From: Prasinococcaceae sp. CCMP 1430
Lineage: Eukaryota > Plantae > Prasinodermophyta
DNA length: 64,000 nucleotides
Assembly: GCA_013416795.1 (NCBI GenBank)
Contig: RQSC01000028.1
Coordinates: forward strand, 527,810-591,809
Direction of reading: 5' to 3'
Part shown: positions 1 to 8,853 of the stretch, piece after piece
Layout: each line of letters starts with the position of its first letter
Numbering within the stretch: position 1 is the first letter of the stretch
The notes under the pieces: model-generated
The model's database searches: none
What the model saw: only the letters and a program-made list of their open reading frames with translations
What the model was told of the DNA's origin: nothing
Position numbers and translations under genes: made by a program

Positions 1-36
1 GGCGGCCGCGCGCGCGCGCGCTGCGCGGCGGCGGCG

Positions 37-3012
37 ATGCCCGCGGTGGGGGCCAAGGACCCACTCGAGGGCGTCACCGACATGCACGGCTTCGAAGTGG
101 TGAGGTCGGACTTCGTGGCCGAGTACGGCTCCGCGGCCGTGCTGCTGCGCCACTCCAAGACGGGCGCCGAGCTCATGTCGGTGAGCAACGACGACGAGAA
201 CAAGACCTTCGGCGTGGTGCTGCGCACGCCGCCCAAGGACTCGACCGGCCTGCCGCACATCCTCGAGCACAGCGTGCTGTGCGGCTCGCGCAAGTACCCC
301 GTGAAGGAGCCCTTCGTGGAGCTCATCAAGTCCTCGCTCAACACCTTCCTCAACGCCTTCACCTACCCCGACCGCACGTGCTACCCGGTGGCCTCCGCCA
401 ACCTGGCGGACTTCTACAACCTCGTGGACGTGTACATGGACGCCGTCTTCTTCCCGCGGCTCACGCCGTCGGTGTTCCAGCAGGAGGGCTGGCACTACGA
501 GCTCGAGAAGCCGGAGGACAAGCTGACCTTCAAGGGCGTGGTCTTCAACGAGATGAAGGGCGTCTACTCGCAGCCGGACAGCGTGATGTACCGCGACGCG
601 CAGCTCACGCTCTTCCCCGACAACACGTACGGCGTGGACTCGGGCGGCGACCCCGAGCGCATTCCCGACCTTCGCTTCGAGGATTTCATGGAGTTCCACC
701 AGACGCTCTACCACCCCTCCAACGCGCGCATCTGGTTCTCGGGCGACGACCCCGTGCAGGAGCGCCTGAGGCTCATGGACGAGTACCTCTCGCAGTTCGA
801 GAAGCGCGCGATCGACTCGGCGATCACGCCGCAGAAGCTCTTCGACGAGCCCAGGCGCGAGACGCGCGAGTACACGGTCGGCGCGGACGAGGCAGGCGAG
901 GCGGAGGGTCCCAAGAAGCAGCACATGCTGTGCACCTCGTGGCTGCTCTCTGCCGACCGCATGGCGACCGAGGACGCCATCGTGTGGGAGGTGCTCGATC
1001 AGCTGCTCCTGGGCACGTCCGCGTCGCCGCTGCGCAAGGCGCTCGACGGCTCCGGCCTCGGCGAGTCGGTGATCGGCGGCGGGCTCAGCGACGAGCTGCG
1101 CCAGCCCACGTTCTCCATCGGGCTCAAGGGCGTGGCCGAGGCCGACGTGGCCAAGGTGGAGGAGCTCATCATGGCCGAGCTGCAGCGCATCGCCGACGAG
1201 GGCTTCGGCGAGAACGCCGTGGAGGCCGCGCTCAACACTATCGAGTTCGCCATGCGCGAGAACAACACTGGCTCGTTTCCGCGCGGGCTGAGCATGATGC
1301 TGCGCGCGGCCCAGGCCTGGATCTACGAGGCCGACCCCATCGAGGGCCTGCGATACGCCGAGCCGCTGGCCGCCATGAAGGCCAAGCTGGCCGCCGGCGA
1401 GCCCGTCTTCCAGGACGCGCTGCGCGCGATGCTCGACAACCCGCACCGCGTGACGCTTGAGATGGTGCCCTCCGCCGCGAAGGGCAAGGAGATCGCCGAG
1501 GCCGAGAGCGCGCGCCTGGCGAGCGTGGAGGCCACCATGGACGAGGCCGACCGCGCCGAGGCCGTGGAGCTCACGCGCGCGCTGAAGGAGAAGCAGGAGA
1601 CGCCCGACTCCCCCGAGGCGCTCGCGTGCATCCCTTCGCTCGCGGTTTCGGATCTGCCGAAGCAGAGCACCACGATCCCCACGGCGGTCTCCGAGGAGGC
1701 CGACGCCACCGTGCTGAGCCGCGACCTCTTCACCAACGAGATTCTGTACACCGAGGTGCTGCTCGACATGCGCTCGATCCCCGAGCGCCTGTTGCCGCTG
1801 GTGCCGCTCTTCTGCCGCTGCCTGAACGGAGAGATGGGCACCGAAAAGGAGAGCTTCGTGGACTTCAACGAGCGCATCGGCTCCAAGACGGGCGGCGTGA
1901 GCGCCTACCCGATGATCTCCAACAAGAAGGGCTCCGACGCGCCCGTGGCGTACCTCGTGCTGCGCGGCAAGGCCACCTCCAAGCGCGCGGGCGACATGTA
2001 CTCGATCATGTCCGACATGCTGCTGTCGTCGAAGCTGGATGACAAGGAGCGCTTCCGCCAGATGGTGCTGGAGACCAAGTCGGCGGGCGAGGCGGCGGTG
2101 GTGGGCTCGGGCCACTCCGTGGCGGCGTCGCTGCTCGGCGCGATGGACAGCGTGGCGGGCCGCGCGTCGGAGATGACGGCGGGGCTCGAGTACCTCGAAT
2201 ACGTGCGCGCGCTCGAGAAGCGCATCGACGACGAGTGGGACTCGATCAGCGCCGACCTTGCCGAGATCCGCACGTGCCTGCTGGGGCGCAAGGGCATGCT
2301 CGTCAACCTGACCGCGGACTCCAAGACGCTCGAGGCGCAGTCCTCCGCGCTCAGCGAGTTCCTCTCTACGCTCCCCGACGCCGGCGGAGCGCTGCAGGAG
2401 TGGGCCGCCCCTCTCGAGGCGGCCAACACGGCGCTGGTGGTGCCCACGCAGGTGAACTACGTTGGCAAGGGCGCCAACCTGTACAGCGCGGGCTACGAGC
2501 TGCACGGGAGCGCGTACGTGATCAACAAGCTGCTCGGCACCACGTGGCTGTGGGAGAAGGTGCGCGTGGTTGGCGGCGCGTACGGCGGCTTCTGCGACTT
2601 CGATTCGCACTCGGGCATGTTCAACTACCTGTCCTACCGCGACCCGAACCTGCTGGGCACGGTGGGCAACTACGACGGCACGGCCGCCTTCCTGCGCGAG
2701 CTCGAGCTGGACTCGGGGGCGCTCTCCAAGGCCATCGTGGGCGCGATGGGCGACGTCGACTCGTACCAGCTGCCCGACGCGAAGGGATACACCGCCATGC
2801 TGCGCCACGTGCTGGGGGTGACCGATGAGGAGCGCCAGCAGCGTCGCGAGGAGATCCTGGGCACCACCGCTGAGGACTTCAAGCGCTTTGCGGACGTGCT
2901 GCAGGCGGTGGCGGACAACGGCACCGTCGTGGCCGTCGCCTCGGAGGAGGCCGTCGCCAAGGCCAACGACGAGCGCGCGGGTCTCTTCGAGAACGTGCGG
3001 AAGGTCCTGTGA
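37..3012 (+). CDS. PREP: Presequence protease (PreP/pitrilysin-like M16C metallopeptidase); transit peptide probably starts upstream of the window
   Basis: Intronless 991 aa ORF with inverted zincin motif HILEH (TGLPHILEHSVLCGSRKYPVKEPF), LNAFTYPDRTCYP and VRVVGGAYGG; strong GC3 bias; frame is open back to base 1. Confidence 0.96.
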   Translation: MPAVGAKDPLEGVTDMHGFEVVRSDFVAEYGSAAVLLRHSKTGAELMSVSNDDENKTFGVVLRTPPKDSTGLPHILEHSVLCGSRKYPVKEPFVELIKSSLNTFLNAFTYPDRTCYPVASANLADFYNLVDVYMDAVFFPRLTPSVFQQEGWHYELEKPEDKLTFKGVVFNEMKGVYSQPDSVMYRDAQLTLFPDNTYGVDSGGDPERIPDLRFEDFMEFHQTLYHPSNARIWFSGDDPVQERLRLMDEYLSQFEKRAIDSAITPQKLFDEPRRETREYTVGADEAGEAEGPKKQHMLCTSWLLSADRMATEDAIVWEVLDQLLLGTSASPLRKALDGSGLGESVIGGGLSDELRQPTFSIGLKGVAEADVAKVEELIMAELQRIADEGFGENAVEAALNTIEFAMRENNTGSFPRGLSMMLRAAQAWIYEADPIEGLRYAEPLAAMKAKLAAGEPVFQDALRAMLDNPHRVTLEMVPSAAKGKEIAEAESARLASVEATMDEADRAEAVELTRALKEKQETPDSPEALACIPSLAVSDLPKQSTTIPTAVSEEADATVLSRDLFTNEILYTEVLLDMRSIPERLLPLVPLFCRCLNGEMGTEKESFVDFNERIGSKTGGVSAYPMISNKKGSDAPVAYLVLRGKATSKRAGDMYSIMSDMLLSSKLDDKERFRQMVLETKSAGEAAVVGSGHSVAASLLGAMDSVAGRASEMTAGLEYLEYVRALEKRIDDEWDSISADLAEIRTCLLGRKGMLVNLTADSKTLEAQSSALSEFLSTLPDAGGALQEWAAPLEAANTALVVPTQVNYVGKGANLYSAGYELHGSAYVINKLLGTTWLWEKVRVVGGAYGGFCDFDSHSGMFNYLSYRDPNLLGTVGNYDGTAAFLRELELDSGALSKAIVGAMGDVDSYQLPDAKGYTAMLRHVLGVTDEERQQRREEILGTTAEDFKRFADVLQAVADNGTVVAVASEEAVAKANDERAGLFENVRKVL

Positions 3013-3143
3013 GGCCACTTCGCTCGTGTCACATAATAGCGTAGCTACTGAAACAGGGACAGTCTTATACAGTCGCGCGGCGCACCTCCGGCGCCGCACG
3101 CGGCCGGCACTGGCTTGAGCGCGTGCGTGCAAAGTGGCGGCGG

Positions 3144-4400
3144 CTAGTCGCCGTAGTTAGAGCAGATGCCTCCCGCCCTCGCGCGGTCGTACCTGTCTTC
3201 GCAGTACGCCGGCCTGCCGCGGGCGTAGGCCGCAGCCGCCTCGCGATCAGCGACCGTGTCGTCGAGCTTGAGCAGCTCAACAGGCGTCTCCCGCGCGCCT
3301 GCGAGCTCCTCGGGAGGCACGAACACGAGCGAGGACACGCTGACCAGCAGCGTGGCCATGCCCACCGCCAGGCTGCGGCGCAATTTAGCGAGCACGGGCT
3401 TCACCTCGTACGTGCCCATCAGCCTGTCGCGCGCGAGTACCTCGGGGGGCTTCACGAAGGTCTGGCCATCGTACCACCCCGTCTGTCGCGATGGCGGCGG
3501 GCGGCGAGAGTCAGCGCGGGCGGGTGTGTGAGAGCAGCCGCGCGGGCGAAGCGGCGTCGGGGCAATCGGACGCGACGCACAGGGGCCAAAGATGGAGGCC
3601 CCTCGCAGAACGCGCGCGCGCGCGCGCGCGCGCGCTCGGCGCACCTCCTCGTAGTAGACCTTGGCCGAGAGAAGACGCTTCCCCACGTACGCCCACCCCA
3701 GGTACACCCGCAGCAGCAGCGCGCTCGGAAGCAGCGACGAGCCCGCCAGACCACACAAGAAGAACTCGGAGGGCTTTTCCACGGGGTCGAAGCTCGCCGC
3801 GGCGATCGGGGCAGCGAGCAGCACAAACGACGCAGCCCTGCGCGAGCGAGGCGCGCGTGTGCGAGGAAGGTGCGGTTCGCGCGGGCGGCGACGGGGGCGC
3901 ACGGACGATCGCGATTGTGTCACGGAAGTGTCAGCAGTGGGCGCGATGCAGCGACAACGCGGCGCGAAGGGTGGGGCGGGGTGGGGGTTCCATCTTCCGT
4001 CAACAGGCCTCCGTCAGCCAATCCCCGCAACCCCTCCGCCCTCGGCGGCGCGCCGCGCATGGCCGCGCACCAGCGGAGCCTCACGCGCCGACGCACCAGA
4101 TGAGGCCGAAGCGCTTCAGGTACGCGTCGACGGGCAGCTGCGCCCACGAGAACATGAACCCCTCCTTCAAATCGCGGTACTCGTTGATGGGACGCTGGTC
4201 CTTGGGCACCGCCAGCTCCATGCGCTCGAGCAGCACATCCGCCTCAGTCTGCCCGCCGCCGCCCCCCAGTTGAAGCCAATGGTCTGCTTCACCATGTTCT
4301 CCTCCTTGCGGCGATTGCCAGCGCACGGCAGCAGCACGGGGAAGCTCGAAATGGGCAGCTTCGCGCCACCCGCGAACAGCTCGTCCATGGAGAACGANGC
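3144..4400 (-). CDS. CGLD27: CGLD27 / DUF1230 family chloroplast membrane protein, at least 3 exons; start uncertain
   Basis: Exons encode [23 protein letters not shown] (~4100-4220), [23 protein letters not shown] (~3646-3830) and [21 protein letters not shown] (3144-3480). These match DUF1230 motifs. GT-AG intron at ~3481-3645. Confidence 0.88.
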
Positions 4401-4799
4401 CCGACCGACGGGTGGCTGGCGGCGAGACACAGCGGCGGCGCCGGGGAGGGCGCGCGCGCGCGCGCGAATCCGGCGCGGGGAAGTCGCGAGCGCGCAAAAG
4501 CGCATGCGAAGGACACATCAAAATGTGAATACTGCATACGTACAACAAATGTAAAATATCAATCTCCGGTACTATATATGTAGACAAATACATAAAAGAT
4601 GGAATCCAGAAGAGTGGATTCGCCACTTGTAGACGAAATAAGGAATCCTTCTCGGCGCGGCCGCGAAACGGCTCGAAACGGGTCGAGGCGCAGGCGCGGG
4701 CGCCCGCCACCTGCACGTCCACGATGGCCACCTTGACGACGTCAGACAGCGAGCCCTGCACGATTCCGGCGCGGGGGCGGCCGCGCGTGCGCCGCGCTC

Positions 4800-7700
4800 G
4801 TGCGCAAGGCGCGCGAGCTCGCTGCCGAGAACCGCCTGCAGCAGAGCGTCAATGGAGCGCCCCCCTCCGCGGGCCCCAGCGACAGCAGCAGCTCGGACGG
4901 CGACCACGCGCAGGGGGGCATGCTCATCGGCGACGGGAGGCGCATCGCTGAGGCGGGCGAGTGCTCGCGCGAGCGGCTGCTGCGCGAGCGACTCGCGCCG
5001 AAGGGCGTCACGAGTGGCGATGGCGAGGGCGGGGGTGGCGCGAGCGCCGGCGGCACCGGTGCGCGTACCAGAGGCACGCGCGCTGGCGAGCGGCGCGCTG
5101 CGATGAAGAGTCTGCACGATGAGATTGCAGGCCTCCTCGCTAGCCTGCAGAGCAGCGTGCGCAGCGCCGCGGAGGAACAGAGACGAGCCGGCGAGCTGCT
5201 CGCGAGCAGCCCCCCGGAGGAGTCGGAGCGACGCGGTCGGCTGCCCTCATCCCAGAGCGGCATGGCGGCGCCTGGCACACACTCGCCAGCAGCATCGCAG
5301 ACGCAGGAGTGGGGTGGGCGGCATAACTGGTCGCAGAAGCAGCATAGCAGAGGGAGCGGCAGCCCCGTGTGGCGAAGTCCGTACACGCCGAGGGCCGATG
5401 AGCGACGGCCGTCCGCCACCGCGACGCTATTCGAGCACCTCAAATGGTATCTCGAATCCCAGCGCACGCGAGCGCTCGAGCTCTTCCGCGAGTTTGACAA
5501 GCAGCGCAAGGGATGGCTCAGTCACTCGCAGATCGGGGGCCTCGCGGAGCGGCTCATGCCGAGCGTCAGCGCCGCTCAAGTGCGCTTCTTCACGGTCATG
5601 GTGGATGCCAATGGCGACGGACAGGTCACGTACAAGGAGCTCGTGCGCGCAGTGAAGGAATGCGATGCCATTTCGCGCACACTGCACGGCGGCACCCAAG
5701 TCGAGGCAAGCGACGTGCTGCGCCGTTTGGCCTCGAAACTCGTGGAAGAGCATGCGGCACCCGCGGACGCGTTTCGCCGGTATGATAAAGACGGCAGCGG
5801 CTATCTCGAGCCAGGCGAGCTCGCGCACATGGTGCGCCTGCTACTGCCAGCCATCAATTGCACCGAGATCAGGCATATCCTCGGACACATGGCACTCCTC
5901 GACAGAAATGATGACGGGCGCGTGTCGTACCGCGAGCTGGTGCACGCGCTCCTTGAAGTTTGCGCAAGCAAGCGCACGCGGGAATGGCTGGAGAGAGCGC
6001 TCAAGGAGCTGAAAGCGAGTTCGCCTGCAACGAGGCCGAAGAGCGACCGCGAGGCCGTAAGGACGCCCCTCGCACCGCTATCAGCGGCCGCTGCCAGCCA
6101 GACAGATGTCTTCAATGAGGAGTGGACGCCCGCACCTCCTCGCGATGGCGGTGGCGCCTGCTTTTGGCAGGATGCCGGGACCTCGACGGTGGACGGAGGG
6201 CTCGCGCAAGCTGACCGCCCCGCGGCGGCCACACCAACATCGACAGTGACCGTGGCCACGTCACCGGAGAGCGCACACTCAACTGCCGCGCATTCGCGCC
6301 TGGAGCGGCAATTCGAGGACGCAGCGCATGTGCCTGCCGCGTCCACCTCTGATGAGGTCGTGCGTAGCGACGTCTTGCGTTTTCAGGTCCCAGGGCCTGC
6401 GCTCGTGGACGCGCACGTCGGTGATGACTGCGGTGAAGACCAGCGTTGCAACTGGGCTGAGGGCGAAACGAACGAGCGCATGCGCTGCTCTCCTATAGAG
6501 CGTGATGGGCACAGCAAGAAGTTCAGCATGTCAGCTCGCATCTTGAAGCACATGATGTCGACACCCGTCAAGAGTGTCGTCTTTCCTACGCCTGGTGAGA
6601 TCCAGGAGCAGCAGCAGGAGGCCCTGCGCAAGGCGAAAGAGTGCAGGCGGAAGCTCGAGCATGCTATGCGCGCACACGTTGAGGAGGCCGCTCTCGAGGC
6701 TGAAGCGAACGCCATCGCCGCTGCTAGGATAGGCGCGTTGGCGTGTCAGGAGCTGCGCGAGATTTCTCGGCGCTCGCCTGAGTCGCATGGCGCACTCGAC
6801 GGCCTCGAAGCAGCCTTGGCCGCTACTTCGCACATTGAGGCGGAACCTAGGAAGGAAGTCTCATCGCCACTCGGGGCGAACCTCGGCGCCGAGCGCAGCG
6901 CAGATTGTAGCTTCGATGCGTCACACGTGGCGGGCACGCCGAGCCCTGCGGGTGAGCGCGTGGCAGAGGCAAGAACGTCCCCTGCACCCGGCCTGGCAGC
7001 GCAATCTACGGGTGAAACACACGACGAGGGGCCTGCTCTCTGCGTGCGCGAACTATTTGCAGACGCATGGGAAGAGAATATGCTCGCGGATGGCGCTGTT
7101 GGCGCCTTCGCAAACATCGCGGAATCACCCGCCTCTGTTGGATACGCAAGTGGAACTGCTACGGCTGCAGCGAGGGTGCACGATCACACACCGTCGGCTT
7201 CCACCAATTGCACGTCGACTGCAGCGACTCCGCGCGAGGGTGCAGAACGGATGCGTGAGGCTGCAATGGCACTGGACGATCTCCAAGATGCAATGTCCGT
7301 GCAAACGCCTGTTGCCGCAAGCCGCGTACCGCTCGAACGCTCGTCACTTGACGCCGCCGACGCAAGCACCGATGGCTTCGCTGCCGAGAGTGAAGGCACG
7401 CCGCGAACTTCGAACCTCCATGCCAGCACAGCAGCAGCCAAGACGGATGGCCTTCATTGGGCGTCGACTGTGTCGGCTGACTCCGTCACAATCGATGAGC
7501 ACTTGGGTGCGAAGTACGGGCCTGAGGACGGCTTGCCCTTTACAGATTCGGATGAGCGCCCACGTCGGCCTCTCGTATCTGGGGCCGGTCTCAGCCCACA
7601 GCCAACTGTACAGGATGTCGAATCGCCGCTTTTGTTGCGCTCGAGATATGCCAACCACTTGCTCGGAGGCGATGCTGAGGTGCATCACACGCGCCCTGAG

Positions 7701-8798
7701 CGCCGGCAGCCGAGGCCCCAGCCGGTGGAGAGTGCGAACGCTCAAGTGACACGCTCAGCTCAACATAGATTCGACCTGGAAACGGCACGGAGAGAGGCGC
7801 GAAATGATCGCGCAGGTACTCTGAGCGCACTCGCGGAGAGACTTTCACGCATATCCCACCAGCTCGAGAGTATCGAGGTGCGGGTCAGTGACAACGCAAG
7901 TGCAAATGCTGCACGTCAACTTGCAATTTCCTCGACTCCAACCTCGCCGCGCCCGGTCACTTTGGTCGAGTCGGGGTTGGATTCGACAGTCACAGGGAAC
8001 GCCCGCGCAACTCACGCAGGCGCCTCTTGCGTGCAGGACACGCTCTCACAGCTCGCTGGCGCGGTCGAAACACTTCGTGGAGAGGGCACACGGTCTAGGC
8101 GAGAGCACGAGAGCCTCTTGGACAAGCTCGCATCTCTCACGGAGAAAGTCACTGGTTTGGTCGAAAACAGTGGCGCACTTGGGGAGAATGCGCGTGCGCC
8201 GAGCGGGGCAGCGGCGTGCTGTGCGAATGGCGTGAGCAATGACGCTAAGGCATGTATCGAGCGGGAGCAGGCGGGAGGATCCACAGATAATTGCGCGGCT
8301 GCCGCCTCCGAGGAGCCGCCACTTCCAACCAGCGAAGATCAGATCATGGGAGAGTTCCTATCACATGCTCAAACGCCCTCTGCGCGTGAGGCGTTACGAG
8401 AAGAGCAACGGTGCGCTGATGAGCTTGAGGCGCAGCTTGAGGTGCACGCACTCCTGCGAAGGACAGCGCAGGCGACGCAGCGCTCCCTGGCCGTGCCGCG
8501 GCTGGTGTGGCGAGGGCCAATCACCTTGGAGGCGCCACGACTTCCGGCAAGTCGTGAGAAACGCGAGGCGCATAAGGGGGCGGCGGGGCGCGCGCGAGCA
8601 CCACCTCGCAAGCAGCTACCGTCGGCGGCCGAAGTGGCGAAGGTGGCGGCAGCAAGGGGGCGCGCAGCCGTGAAAGCGGGCGCAGCGCAGCAGGGGCAGC
8701 TACAGCTCCCGATGCGTGAGGACGTTGGCGCGCTCGAGGCGGCTGTGGATGAGTGGTTCGCACGTCGCCTTGCGCGGGACCAAACGAGCAAGTCTTGA
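4800..8798 (+). CDS. Large EF-hand calcium-binding protein with a long disordered/coiled-coil C-terminus; start uncertain
   Basis: 1332 aa ORF with four EF-hand-like loops (DKQRKGWLS, DANGDGQVTYKE, DKDGSGYLEPGE, DRNDDGRVSYRE) followed by ~900 aa of Ala/Ser/Pro-rich sequence. Confidence 0.8.
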   Translation: MRKARELAAENRLQQSVNGAPPSAGPSDSSSSDGDHAQGGMLIGDGRRIAEAGECSRERLLRERLAPKGVTSGDGEGGGGASAGGTGARTRGTRAGERRAAMKSLHDEIAGLLASLQSSVRSAAEEQRRAGELLASSPPEESERRGRLPSSQSGMAAPGTHSPAASQTQEWGGRHNWSQKQHSRGSGSPVWRSPYTPRADERRPSATATLFEHLKWYLESQRTRALELFREFDKQRKGWLSHSQIGGLAERLMPSVSAAQVRFFTVMVDANGDGQVTYKELVRAVKECDAISRTLHGGTQVEASDVLRRLASKLVEEHAAPADAFRRYDKDGSGYLEPGELAHMVRLLLPAINCTEIRHILGHMALLDRNDDGRVSYRELVHALLEVCASKRTREWLERALKELKASSPATRPKSDREAVRTPLAPLSAAAASQTDVFNEEWTPAPPRDGGGACFWQDAGTSTVDGGLAQADRPAAATPTSTVTVATSPESAHSTAAHSRLERQFEDAAHVPAASTSDEVVRSDVLRFQVPGPALVDAHVGDDCGEDQRCNWAEGETNERMRCSPIERDGHSKKFSMSARILKHMMSTPVKSVVFPTPGEIQEQQQEALRKAKECRRKLEHAMRAHVEEAALEAEANAIAAARIGALACQELREISRRSPESHGALDGLEAALAATSHIEAEPRKEVSSPLGANLGAERSADCSFDASHVAGTPSPAGERVAEARTSPAPGLAAQSTGETHDEGPALCVRELFADAWEENMLADGAVGAFANIAESPASVGYASGTATAAARVHDHTPSASTNCTSTAATPREGAERMREAAMALDDLQDAMSVQTPVAASRVPLERSSLDAADASTDGFAAESEGTPRTSNLHASTAAAKTDGLHWASTVSADSVTIDEHLGAKYGPEDGLPFTDSDERPRRPLVSGAGLSPQPTVQDVESPLLLRSRYANHLLGGDAEVHHTRPERRQPRPQPVESANAQVTRSAQHRFDLETARREARNDRAGTLSALAERLSRISHQLESIEVRVSDNASANAARQLAISSTPTSPRPVTLVESGLDSTVTGNARATHAGASCVQDTLSQLAGAVETLRGEGTRSRREHESLLDKLASLTEKVTGLVENSGALGENARAPSGAAACCANGVSNDAKACIEREQAGGSTDNCAAAASEEPPLPTSEDQIMGEFLSHAQTPSAREALREEQRCADELEAQLEVHALLRRTAQATQRSLAVPRLVWRGPITLEAPRLPASREKREAHKGAAGRARAPPRKQLPSAAEVAKVAAARGRAAVKAGAAQQGQLQLPMREDVGALEAAVDEWFARRLARDQTSKS

Positions 8799-8853
8799 GG
8801 AAACTTCTTACAGGTACAGATAGTCTACAATAATACCGGAAGTAGGTTAGACC

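Noticed and set aside
279-2828. Long overlapping alternative-frame and antisense ORFs over PreP (the same pattern occurs over LCB2 21393-23537, MCM5 30736-33132 and DnaJ 40657-42381)
   Set aside because: Arg/Ala/Gly/Pro-rich shadow ORFs expected from very high GC3 and scarce stop codons; no recognisable domains
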